Shown one piece after another: positions 11,575-21,850 of a DNA stretch of 41,903 bases (the stretch's first letter is position 1; each line of letters begins with the position of its first letter). Both the position numbers and the translations under genes were made by a program. The stretch comes from Octopus bimaculoides (taxonomy: Eukaryota): positions 16,801,442 to 16,843,344 of the forward strand of contig NC_069008.1 of NCBI RefSeq assembly GCF_001194135.2. The letters run 5' to 3'. A model generated the notes under the pieces. It was not told the origin of the DNA and did no database searches. It saw only the letters and a list, made by a program, of their open reading frames with translations.

Positions 11575-13824
11575 ATGAGTTCTTCAACCCAAAATACCCG
11601 GACGACCTATGTGTGCTCTGTAGGTGGGTGTTCTAAGATATTTAGTAAGAAACTTTATCTTGATCAGCACATCCGCCAGCACACTGGAGAGAGACCGTTC
11701 CATTGCACGAATGAAGGCTGTGGCAAGACCTACTCCAGAAAAGACCACCTCAACCGACACTTAAAATGGTGTTCAGCTTCACGGTCGGCCGGTTCCAGGG
11801 AGAGGCTAACATGTTCTGAAAACGGCTGCTCAAAAACATTCCAGAACTTGCAGAATCTGCGTGTGCATTTACGCAATGTGCACGAGCGGAGTAAAAATTA
11901 TAAATGCCCAGTTGAAGGTTGTGGAAAAGTTTTCAAAAAGCACCATGGATTAAAACAACATGAGTTTGAACACAGCGGGGTCAACCCTTTCTTTTGCATG
12001 CAGTCTGGTTGCAAGAAATCCTTTCACGTCTTCAGTCATTTCAAACGACACATGAAAGTGCACGATGGCTATAAATGCGAGCAGTGCGCGGAAACATTTG
12101 AAAAGTGGACGCAGTTGATTAGACACAGGTCAACACATCATCGGCCACCACAGAAATGTCCACACTGTGATAAAACGTTTGCTTCGAAATTATGTTTGAA
12201 GAAACATATCAAAGTACATTCAGAGACGCGTGAGGTGTTCATATGTTCGCGAGACGGTTGCGGACGTTACTACACAATGAAACGAAACCTTGTCGCTCAC
12301 ATAAAGTCCTACCATGATGGGCGTCGATTTCCTTGCTCCCACGAGGGCTGCAGCCGTAGTTTTCCATTTAAGCATAAAATGTTGGAGCACGTGAAGAGCC
12401 ATATTCGTGTTCATCCCCTGAAGAAAAAATACCCAAAAAAAGGCCACCGTAAAAGATCCATGGCGAGTCGACTGTCTGGTTATATACCCACAACATCTAC
12501 ATCAACATGTCGTAGCACAGAACTCGTCCCACCAGTACAGCCGAGAGATAATAATTCTGTTATTTCTAAAGCCGTTACTAATAACATTAATGCTAGCCAC
12601 TCCCTGGACACAGGCCGTACAGATGGACCTAAGGCCCCTAATCAACCCTCTAATGTTTCAGTTATTTCTCCAGTCTCAAATGATGTCAAGGTTGCAGACC
12701 GCAGTTGTGATAAAGGGTCACGAGAAATGTGTAATGCCGACAAAGAGAGGACACCCACCAATTTGAAACCACCTCCTCGTGATACTGTCATACACCTAGC
12801 ATCATCAAAGCCATCCGGTAGCAGCCAGATTAAACCGACCCACACAACAACGACTGCTCAATGTTGCAGCAACACCAAAAAGGATAAAATGAATTTGAAT
12901 TCACCAAAAGAAGTAGCAACCGAAACCAACAAGGTTAAAGCTAGTCGTACGCCTCTCCCAACAACAAATATCAAATTTGCTGATTCTGGACATAAACAGT
13001 CAAGCAGCTGCCATAAGGAAACAGTAATTACCTCTGTAACTCATTCACAGTGTCAAGACAGTTCTACCCCTGGTTATCCCAGCCAGAATTCAGTAAAGAA
13101 ACCAACCAATAAATACACCTGTTCTGTCAAAAGTTGTGGCAAAGAATTTGTGTCTGCATCTTCTTTGAAAATTCATCTGTTTTATCATACGGAGATGCAA
13201 TGTTCTGCCTCCATGGATAGTTCTGCCAAACAACAAATGGACGATATTCTTTATTCAACCAAAGACTGTGTCGAAGTGTTTAGAAGTTCGAGGCCTTCCT
13301 CCAAACACCAACCTTGGAATAACAGCACTAACAGTGGCGGCAGCCGCAGTAACGCATCTTCCTGTATCTCTTCCACTTCTCCATCCCACCATTCCTCGCA
13401 AGCGCCAACCCAAACCCCCAATCAAAAACACCAGTTGCCAAGCTCCACTGCGACCACAGCGCAAGGGCCGACTTACCTCCACCAAAAACTTCTCTGTTCC
13501 ATATGCGGGGACATATTTTTCAGCAGTTCGTTGCTCAGTCAGCACTTAAGAAGCCATCCTTCGGCAGCACGCAACTCGTTCTCCTGCCCCAAACCGGGTT
13601 GTGGTCAGGTATTCTTGGAAAAATCTAAACTTGACCTGCATGTCAAAGACCACTCCAGTCATCGTTCCAAATCCCATCCCATCTTCCAGTGCCCGTTAAA
13701 TGACTGCGACATGACTTTTAAGTCCCAGTCACAGCTCAAAACCCATGCCAATCTTCATTCCATTAAGAAATACTCAAAGTCTAAGCAAAAACTAGCCAAA
13801 ATTATCTTGGGGAAATATTTCTAA
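11575..13824 (+). CDS. GTF3A: Transcription factor IIIA-like zinc-finger protein, 749 aa, single coding exon, 9+4 zinc fingers
   Basis: Nine tandem fingers with TFIIIA spacing and motifs (HTGERPF, KRHMKVHDGYKC, KWT.L, F.C.RDGC.R.YT..NL..HI.S.H, C.HEGC), followed by KRSMASRLSGYIP (compare the TFIIIA KRSLASRLTGY motif). Four further C2H2 fingers at about 13114, 13489, 13579 and 13684. Acceptor AG at 11549-11550 and an in-frame TGA at 11563 fix the ATG. Confidence 0.9.
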   Translation: MSSSTQNTRTTYVCSVGGCSKIFSKKLYLDQHIRQHTGERPFHCTNEGCGKTYSRKDHLNRHLKWCSASRSAGSRERLTCSENGCSKTFQNLQNLRVHLRNVHERSKNYKCPVEGCGKVFKKHHGLKQHEFEHSGVNPFFCMQSGCKKSFHVFSHFKRHMKVHDGYKCEQCAETFEKWTQLIRHRSTHHRPPQKCPHCDKTFASKLCLKKHIKVHSETREVFICSRDGCGRYYTMKRNLVAHIKSYHDGRRFPCSHEGCSRSFPFKHKMLEHVKSHIRVHPLKKKYPKKGHRKRSMASRLSGYIPTTSTSTCRSTELVPPVQPRDNNSVISKAVTNNINASHSLDTGRTDGPKAPNQPSNVSVISPVSNDVKVADRSCDKGSREMCNADKERTPTNLKPPPRDTVIHLASSKPSGSSQIKPTHTTTTAQCCSNTKKDKMNLNSPKEVATETNKVKASRTPLPTTNIKFADSGHKQSSSCHKETVITSVTHSQCQDSSTPGYPSQNSVKKPTNKYTCSVKSCGKEFVSASSLKIHLFYHTEMQCSASMDSSAKQQMDDILYSTKDCVEVFRSSRPSSKHQPWNNSTNSGGSRSNASSCISSTSPSHHSSQAPTQTPNQKHQLPSSTATTAQGPTYLHQKLLCSICGDIFFSSSLLSQHLRSHPSAARNSFSCPKPGCGQVFLEKSKLDLHVKDHSSHRSKSHPIFQCPLNDCDMTFKSQSQLKTHANLHSIKKYSKSKQKLAKIILGKYF

Positions 13825-13850
13825 AATATTAATTAAAAATATCCTCACTA

Positions 13851-13894
<44 letters not shown>

Positions 13895-14299
13895 GAGTTC
13901 AAATGCCACCAATGTCAACTTTGCCTTTCATCTTTTTGGGAGTCGATAAAATAAGTACCAGTTATGCACTGGGGTTGATGTAATTGATGTGCCACCTCCC
14001 CTGAACTTGGAGGCCTTGTGCCAAAATTTGAAACCATTATTATTATCATTAAAAAAAAGTGGTGAGCTGGCTGAATCATTAGCACACTAGACAAAATGCC
14101 TAGCGTCCATCTCTACGTTCTGAGTTCAAATTCTGCCAAGGTTGACTTAGCTTTTCATCGTTTTGGGGCTGATTATATTAAAGTGCCAATTGCACCCTAG
14201 AGTTCATTGTAATCAACCTACTCCCTCCTTAAAATTTCTGGCCTTTTGCCAAAATTTCAATTTATTTTTATTTTTATTATTATTTAAGATGTCTCTTTT

Positions 14300-14490
14300 A
14301 GTTGTTTCGGTCATTTGACTGCGGCCATGCTGGAGCACCGCTTTCAGTCGGGCAAATTGACCCCAGGACTTATTCTTTGTGAGCCTAGTAATTATTCTGT
14401 CGGTCTCTTTTGCCGAACCGCTAAGTTACGGGGGCATAAACACACCACCATCGGTTGTCAAGCGATGTTGGGGGGGACAAACATATACAC
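14300..14490 (+). mobile_element. Dispersed repeat family D (representative copy). Others at about 2415-2640, 6330-6520(-), 8018-8160, 30630-30785(-), 35640-35890(-); short ends at 190-240, 32378-32416, 40835-40865
   Basis: Recurrent TTTCAGTCATTTGACTGCGGCCATGCTGGAGCACC...GCCGAACCGCTAAGTTACGGGG...GGTTGTCAAGCGATG. Confidence 0.8.
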
Positions 14491-14664
14491 ACATACATAT
14501 ATACATATATATATGATGGGCTTCTTTCAGTTTCCGTCTACCAAATCCACTCACAAGGCTTTGGTCGACTCAAGGCTATAGTAGAAGACACATGCCCAAG
14601 GTGTCATGCAGTGGGACTGAACCCGGAACCATGTGGTTGGTAAGCAAGCTCTTACCACACAGCC

Positions 14665-15130
14665 TCTCCTGTGCTGCACAGCATCCAATATCGTGTGTAC
14701 CGGTGGGGTTTGCACTGTTTGCCAAGTCACAACAGGGACCTCGGATACAGAGTACTTTACGCAATATGCGTGCAGTTCCATGTAATGCCAACTTTTGCAA
14801 TACACCTAGATTGTAGGGTATTTCTAAGGTTTTCAGATGTTTCTTCAGGTTGGGTGGTATTGAACCCAATGCTCCGATGACAATAGGGACAACCTTTATA
14901 TTTGACTTTCGTAGATGCCACATCTGAGCGATCTCAATTCTCAGGTCTCCATATTTATTAATCTTTTTCTCTTGTGATAATATGTTGATCTCCCGGCACT
15001 GCCACATCAATTATTATTGGGCCCTCTTGTTTGTCCCTCTTAAAGGTTACTTTATCCAGCCTTCGATGATCTAACACCCCTCGTCTGTCTGGAAGTCCAA
15101 ATCCCAGACGATTTTTGCCTTCCCCTTTTT
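14665..15130 (-). mobile_element. R4/Dong-like RLE LINE 3' fragment, second subfamily
   Basis: KAKIVWDLDFQTD...IIDVAVP...EKKINKYGDL...VVPIVIGALGSI...LHGTARILRKVL; TAA-like tract at the 5' junction (about 15130-15146). Confidence 0.8.
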
Positions 15131-16006
15131 ATTATTATTTATTTCTTTATTGCCCCCAGGGGGCTAAACATGGAGGGGACAAACAAGGACAGACAAAGGG
15201 ATTTAGTTGATTGCATCAACCCCCAGTGCGTAACTGGTACTTAATTTCATCTGTCTTCACGTTCTGAGTTCAAATTCCACCGAGGTTGACTTTGCCTTTC
15301 ATCCTTTCAGGATCAATACATTGAGTACCAGTGATGCACTGGGGGTTGTTGTAATTTACTAGTCCCCTCCCTACAAATTTGAGGCCTATAAAGCTGAACA
15401 GCATTTCGTCCGTCTTAAATGTTTTAAGGTCAATTTCCACCGAGGTTGACTCTGCCTTTCGTCCTTTCAGGGGTCGATAAAATAAGTACCAGTTGAACAC
15501 TGGGGTCAATGTTATTGACTCATCCCCTCCCCTAAAAATTGCTGCCCTTGTGGCAAAATTTAAAACCATTATTATCATTGTATATTTAAGAGATGAGGAC
15601 TTATGTACATTATTTATATTTGGCGGATTTTTGTCCTCATCTTGTTTGTATGGCGTAGTGGTTGAGGGCACAGGCTACTAACCCCAAGGTTCTGAGTTCA
15701 ATTCCAAGCAGTGACCTGAATAATAATAATAATAAATAATAACAATAATATCGAAAAATACCTTAGGAATGAGAACCTAGGTTCGAAATTTCCCCAAGAC
15801 ACCTGATGAAGGCTGGAGGGTATATCAGCTAAAATGTCGTGTTAACAAACAAGGACAAATATCCGTCAAATGTAAATAATTTATTATTATTATTAAGATG
15901 GTGAGCTAGCAGCACCGTTAGCACGCTGGACAAAATGCTTAGCGGTATTTCGTCCGTCGCTATGTTCTGAGTTCAAATTCCGCCAAGGTCGACTTTAAAG
16001 TTATCA

Positions 16007-16166
16007 TATGTTGTCAACTTAATGTGACAGTCCCATGAAAGGAAAGAATGCTACTGTTATTTAGTCCTAGGAAACACCGCTTCCCATTGGACCCGGTGTT
16101 TCCTAGGGCTAAATAACAGTAGCATTCTTCCCTTTCATGGGACTGTCACATTAAGTTGACAACATA
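16007..16166. repeat. 73-bp inverted repeat with 14-nt loop (MITE-like)
   Basis: Arms 16007-16079 and 16094-16166; 71 of 73 positions Watson-Crick. Confidence 0.95.
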
Positions 16167-16908
16167 CCATCACTTTATCGTGCTGCTACTGCATAAATCT
16201 CTCTGAGAGATTTAGAAATATATTATTTTGAGGTCAACTTTGCCTTTCATTCTTTCAGGGGTCAATGAATCAAGTACCAGTTACTCACTGGGGTCGATGT
16301 AATCGACTTAATCCCTTCCCCCAAATTTGAGGCTTTACACCTATAGTAGAAAGAATTCTTTTTATTATCGATAAAGGTGGCAAAATGGCAGAATCGTTAG
16401 CGTGTCGAACGAAATGTTCTTGAGTTCAATTTTTCATTTCACTCCTTTTTTGGTATCGGTCAATAAAATTAGTACCAGTTGCACACTGGGGAGTTGATGT
16501 AATCGAATTACTCACCCCCCACTCCTCGACAATTTCAGGCCTTGTGCTTATAGTAGAAAGAATTATTATTATTATTATTGAGATTAAATGAATGGTTCAA
16601 GCGAATGTCAGACAGAGTCTCTGCTCGTACAAATAGTTTAGCATTGCACTTTATAGTTTGCTAGTGAAGGGGACGCTGTGTATTGAGTACTAAGTTTTTC
16701 TGTAAATTTGTAAACCTGTCTGATCTATGCTGCTGTAAATACAAGATGGAATGTGTAGCTTTATGTTAGCATGTCTGCTGGTTCTGTTTTATGTACATTT
16801 TTCTATGCCAGCAAGGGTTGGCTGAGTCCAAATGTGTATATAATATATTTTTACGGAGATGTACTTGCATAGCAAGTGACCTGATCTGAGATCGTGTGCT
16901 GGAATGAA

Positions 16909-17142
16909 AACAATTGCAGTGTGGAAGATGTTTATAAGCCATTTAAGAAACACACCAAAACCGTTAGATTCACTTCAACATTTAAGTTTAATTTGCCAAA
17001 ATATTTTCATCGCTTTGAGACGGAATTTTGTCAGTAAACAGGCCGCGGTCTCAAAGCGACGAAAATATTTTGGGAAATTGAATTTAAATGTTTTGGTGTG
17101 TTTCTTAAATAGCTTATAAACACCTTCTACACTGCAATTGTT
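16909..17142. repeat. Long imperfect foldback element
   Basis: Arms 16909-17021 and 17048-17142 with a 26-nt spacer; the right arm runs into a gap. Confidence 0.9.
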
Positions 17143-17646
17143 ATNNNNNNNNNNNNNNNNNNNNNNNNNNNNNNNNNNNNNNNNNNNNNNNNNNNNNNNN
17201 NNNNNNNNNNNNNNNNNNNNNNNNNNNNNNNNNNNNNNNNNNNNNNNNNNNNNNNNNNNNNNNNNNNNNNNNNNNNNNNNNNNNNNNNNNNNNNNNNNNN
17301 NNNNNNNNNNNNNNNNNNNNNNNNNNNNNNNNNNNNNNNNNNNNNNNNNNNNNNNNNNNNNNNNNNNNNNNNNNNNNNNNNNNNNNNNNNNNNNNNNNNN
17401 NNNNNNNNNNNNNNNNNNNNNNNNNNNNNNNNNNNNNNNNNNNNNNNNNNNNNNNNNNNNNNNNNNNNNNNNNNNNNNNNNNNNNNNNNNNNNNNNNNNN
17501 NNNNNNNNNNNNNNNNNNNNNNNNNNNNNNNNNNNNNNNNNNNNNNNNNNNNNNNNNNNNNNNNNNNNNNNNNNNNNNNNNNNNNNNNNNNNNNNNNNNN
17601 NNNNNNNNNNNNNNNNNNNNNNNNNNNNNNNNNNNNNNNNNNNNNN

Positions 17647-17679
<33 letters not shown>

Positions 17680-18026
17680 GATATATAAGTATGTATAATA
17701 TATATATATGAATATAAGTATACATGATATGTATGTATTGTATATAATATATACATACAGGTTTACTGGAGTGGAAGTATGTGTATGTTTGTGTGATTGT
17801 ATATATTTATTAAACTTTTGCAGGGCAAAAGTTGGCAGTGACTTCGAAGTATCGGGTTGCTCGCCTTCATCAGACTAACGCAAGCAATTAGACTGATACT
17901 TCACAATGACTGTCAACCATTTCCTTGTAAAAGTTTAACGAACGTGTGTTCTACTAAAATGTATTAATCCTTCAATTTAATGTTCAATTGTCCTTGTATA
18001 TAGCTTCACATTAAAATATACATACA

Positions 18027-18076
<50 letters not shown>

Positions 18077-18359
18077 NNNNNNNNNNNNNNNNNNNNNNNN
18101 NNNNNNNNNNNNNNNNNNNNNNNNNNNNNNNNNNNNNNNNNNNNNNNNNNNNNNNNNNNNNNNNNNNNNNNNNNNNNNNNNNNNNNNNNNNNNNNNNNNN
18201 NNNNNNNNNNNNNNNNNNNNNNNNNNNNNNNNNNNNNNNNNNNNNNNNNNNNNNNNNNNNNNNNNNNNNNNNNNNNNNNNNNNNNNNNNNNNNNNNNNNN
18301 NNNNNNNNNNNNNNNNNNNNNNNNNNNNNNNNNNNNNNNNNNNNNNNNNNNNNNNNNNC

Positions 18360-18650
18360 TCATGTGCCACCCGCACAAGAACCAGTCCAGGGGCACTGGC
18401 AACGATCTTACTTGGCTTGCCGGGTCTTCTCACGCACAGCACATTTCCAAAGGTCTCTGTCAGTAGTCATCGCCTCGGTGAGGCCCAATGTATGAAGGTC
18501 TTGCCTCACCACCTCAGCGCAGGTCTTCCTGGGCCTACCTCTTCCACGGGTTCCCTCAACTGTTAGGGTGTGGCACTTTTTCACACAGCTATCCTCATCC
18601 ATTCTCACCACATGTCCATACCAGCGCAATCATCTCTCTTGCACGCCACA
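18360..18650 (-). mobile_element. RTE-like LINE 3' fragment
   Basis: LRWYGHVVRMDEDSCVKKC...EGTRGRGRPRKT..EVVRQDL, an RTE C-terminal motif. Confidence 0.75.
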
Positions 18651-18976
18651 ACTGATATGTATATATATAGCAGATATACTTGTTTATATGTCTTTATAAA
18701 TATGTGGACACATGCTTATGTATGTGTGTGTGTGTGCGTTATAAAACGAAGGTAATTAACCTCATTAAGGGATCATAAATCCAATGAAAACACTGGTTAA
18801 TTACCAATTTATACAATGGCAAACATATAAACCGTGGTTCATATATATACGTTTAAAGAATGAGAAAATGGTTGTAATTTTAGAAATTAATTATCTTTAG
18901 ATTTCTGAATCGAAACAGCTGTCAGAATTGTCATATTTTATAATTAGTGATTTTATTAATTACCTCTCCATTTTCT

Positions 18977-19010
<34 letters not shown>

Positions 19011-19221
19011 TGTGTGTGTGCACGTGTATATAGACATTCACTCATGTATATATTGCACTTGTTTTGTTCTGCTTCGGATAGTTACACATTTGCTGTCTGT
19101 GTCTGCGTGTAGAATTAACCCACCTTTCATCTAAAGTATGTTGTATGAACAGGTACTTGTGTGTGTTTATAAACACACACATGTACATATATATGAATAT
19201 ATATATCTGTACTTATATATA

Positions 19222-19253
<32 letters not shown>

Positions 19254-19722
19254 CATATGTATTTATATATCTCTACACATTTGGATTTGTGTATATATAT
19301 GTGTGTGTGTGTATATATATATGAACATGTTTATATGTATGAGTGTAAATGTTTGTACATATGTATATATTTTTTATGTATGAAAAAAATATTGTCACAC
19401 AAAAGTTTGTGTTCTTGTTTCTAGTATTTATAAATTTAAATGAACTTATTATCATTATTATTATTATTATTAATTATTAAAGTGGTGAGCTGGCAGAATC
19501 GTTACCATAGAGGGCAAAGTTCTTGGCAGTATTTCGTCTGTCTTTACGTTCTGAGTTCCAATCCAGCTGAGGTCGACTTTTACCATTTATCCTTCTGGGC
19601 TCGATGAAACAAGTACCAGTTGAACACTGGGGATGGGGGGGGGGAATCGATTTACCCCCTCCATCCCCCGAAATAGCTGGCCTTGTGCCAAAATTTGAAA
19701 GTATTATTATTATTATTATTTA

Positions 19723-19753
<31 letters not shown>

Positions 19754-20775
19754 CATTATTATTATTATTATTATTATTATTGCCATTGAAGTGGTTAGCT
19801 GGTGGAACCGTTAGCACGGAGGTCAAAAATGCTTAGCAGCATTTTTACCCGTCTCTACGATCTGAGTTCAAATTCTGCCANNNNNNNNNNNNNNNNNNNN
19901 NNNNNNNNNNNNNNNNNNNNNNNNNNNNNNNNNNNNNNNNNNNNNNNNNNNNNNNNNNNNNNNNNNNNNNNNNNNNNNNNNNNNNNNNNNNNNNNNNNNN
20001 NNNNNNNNNNNNNNNNNNNNNNNNNNNNNNNNNNNNNNNNNCTTTAGATTTTTCTACTTTTTCTGTGTATTTAGTATATGATAGTACCAAAAACAATGTA
20101 ACTTTTACTCATGCCAAATGATAAGAGGGCGCAGGGCAAACCCCCAAACAGAATTCCCTGCTCCCTCGCAAAAACATAAACAAAAAGTTTTTAAAAAAAT
20201 AGAATGTAACAAACAACACAAATCTTTTCAATGAATGAAATGACTTCGTTAATGACTTTACCGATCTGTGTGCCATAAACTGATGGCGGCGGAGGTGGTG
20301 TCACAATAAAAGCAAAGTTAGTTTATGAATAAAAAGAATTTTTTAGAAATTGTTTTCGAGATTTATTATTATTATTGTTGTTGTTATATGTTATTATTTA
20401 TTATTATTATTATTGGATTTTTGTTGTATATCTATCAGTCTGTGTATGTATGTATCTTGGTTGAGGTATTCTCCAAGATGGAGATGAGTACAAACGTCCC
20501 CAATATGGTAGGCTTGATAATTGCTAAGAATTCTTAGCATGAAACCATTGGTCTTGTTAACCCTCATATATATATGAGACAGCCAGATAGACAAATATAT
20601 TTGAGAATTCCATGAAAGGTTGATGTTGAGGTAGTGTTGCAGATAAATGCGATTAGGCTTCATCCTTACATATCTATCTGTCTGGCTGTCTGTCTATCTA
20701 TCTACATACACAGACACACACATATGTAGACACATATATTCAGAAACACACACACATACATACATAGACATATAT

Positions 20776-20808
<33 letters not shown>

Positions 20809-21210
20809 AAGGCACAGGAGTGGCTATGTGGTAAGTAGCTTGCTTACCAACCACATGGTTCTGGGTTCAGTCCCCCACTGCATGATGCCTTGGGCAAGTG
20901 TCTTCTGCTATAAACCTCAGGCTGAATCTCCCCCGAGAACTACGTTAAGGGTGCACGTGTCTGTGGAGTGCTCAGCCACTTGGATGTTAATTTCACGAGC
21001 AGGCTGTTCTGTTGATCAGATCAACTGGAACCCTCATCGTCGTATGTTACGGAGCGCTACTTTATCATGCCTAATTGTGTTTATCTGCTTCATTGTCTCT
21101 CTGCCAAACTTAATTGTATATAGATATATATATATGTATGCATATATACTTATTAACAGTACTACTTATATATATATAATATATATTTTTTTCATTTTTC
21201 AAATTTCTAG

Positions 21211-21628
21211 TATTCAACTCTTATGAAAAATGAGCAAGGTAAGTGCTTCAACCCTTTATGGTTACTCACCCCTCTGCGGTTACCTATGATCCCTTCATAT
21301 AAATCACGTCAGTTTTAAAGTGTTCATATTTAAATTAAAACCTTTCACCTCAACATTTATGTACGTACCTTTTGTTAAGCGATCATCATCATCATCACCT
21401 GTTTTCCATGCTGGGATGGACTGGACAGTTTCACAGGAGGGCCATTCCAGGCGCCAGTTGTCTGCTTTGCCAGACCCTGTAGCCTGCCCCTTCTTAACCA
21501 ACATTTGTAGCGTTCTCTTTCGCTGGTAAGCTTTTACCCGCAAACTTGACTTGAGAAATTTCACGTGTTTGCTTAACAGAACCTTCTCTGCTACTTATAT
21601 CCCCTTCCCTCTTCCTCTACATTTTCCT

Positions 21629-21673
<45 letters not shown>

Positions 21674-21814
21674 CACTACTACTACTACTACTACTATCTC
21701 TGATATTGGTACAACCACCATCGCTACTGCAAATATCACTACTACTGTAGCTGGAGTCACCACCAACACCACCACTACTACTACTGCAGCTCATACTGCC
21801 ACCAGCACCACCAT

Positions 21815-21850
<36 letters not shown>

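Noticed and set aside
13825-13895. Poly(A) tail or TSD evidence that GTF3A is a processed retrocopy
   Set aside because: Downstream is (ATT)n plus a SINE rather than an A tail, and no TSD is seen; retroposition remains an inference from intron absence only.
17824-17927. WDR61 first coding exon ATGACTGTCAACCATTTCCTT|gtaaaa (MTVNHFL)
   Set aside because: Phase fits but the donor is weak; 19137-19152 is a better candidate, and neither is provable from sequence.
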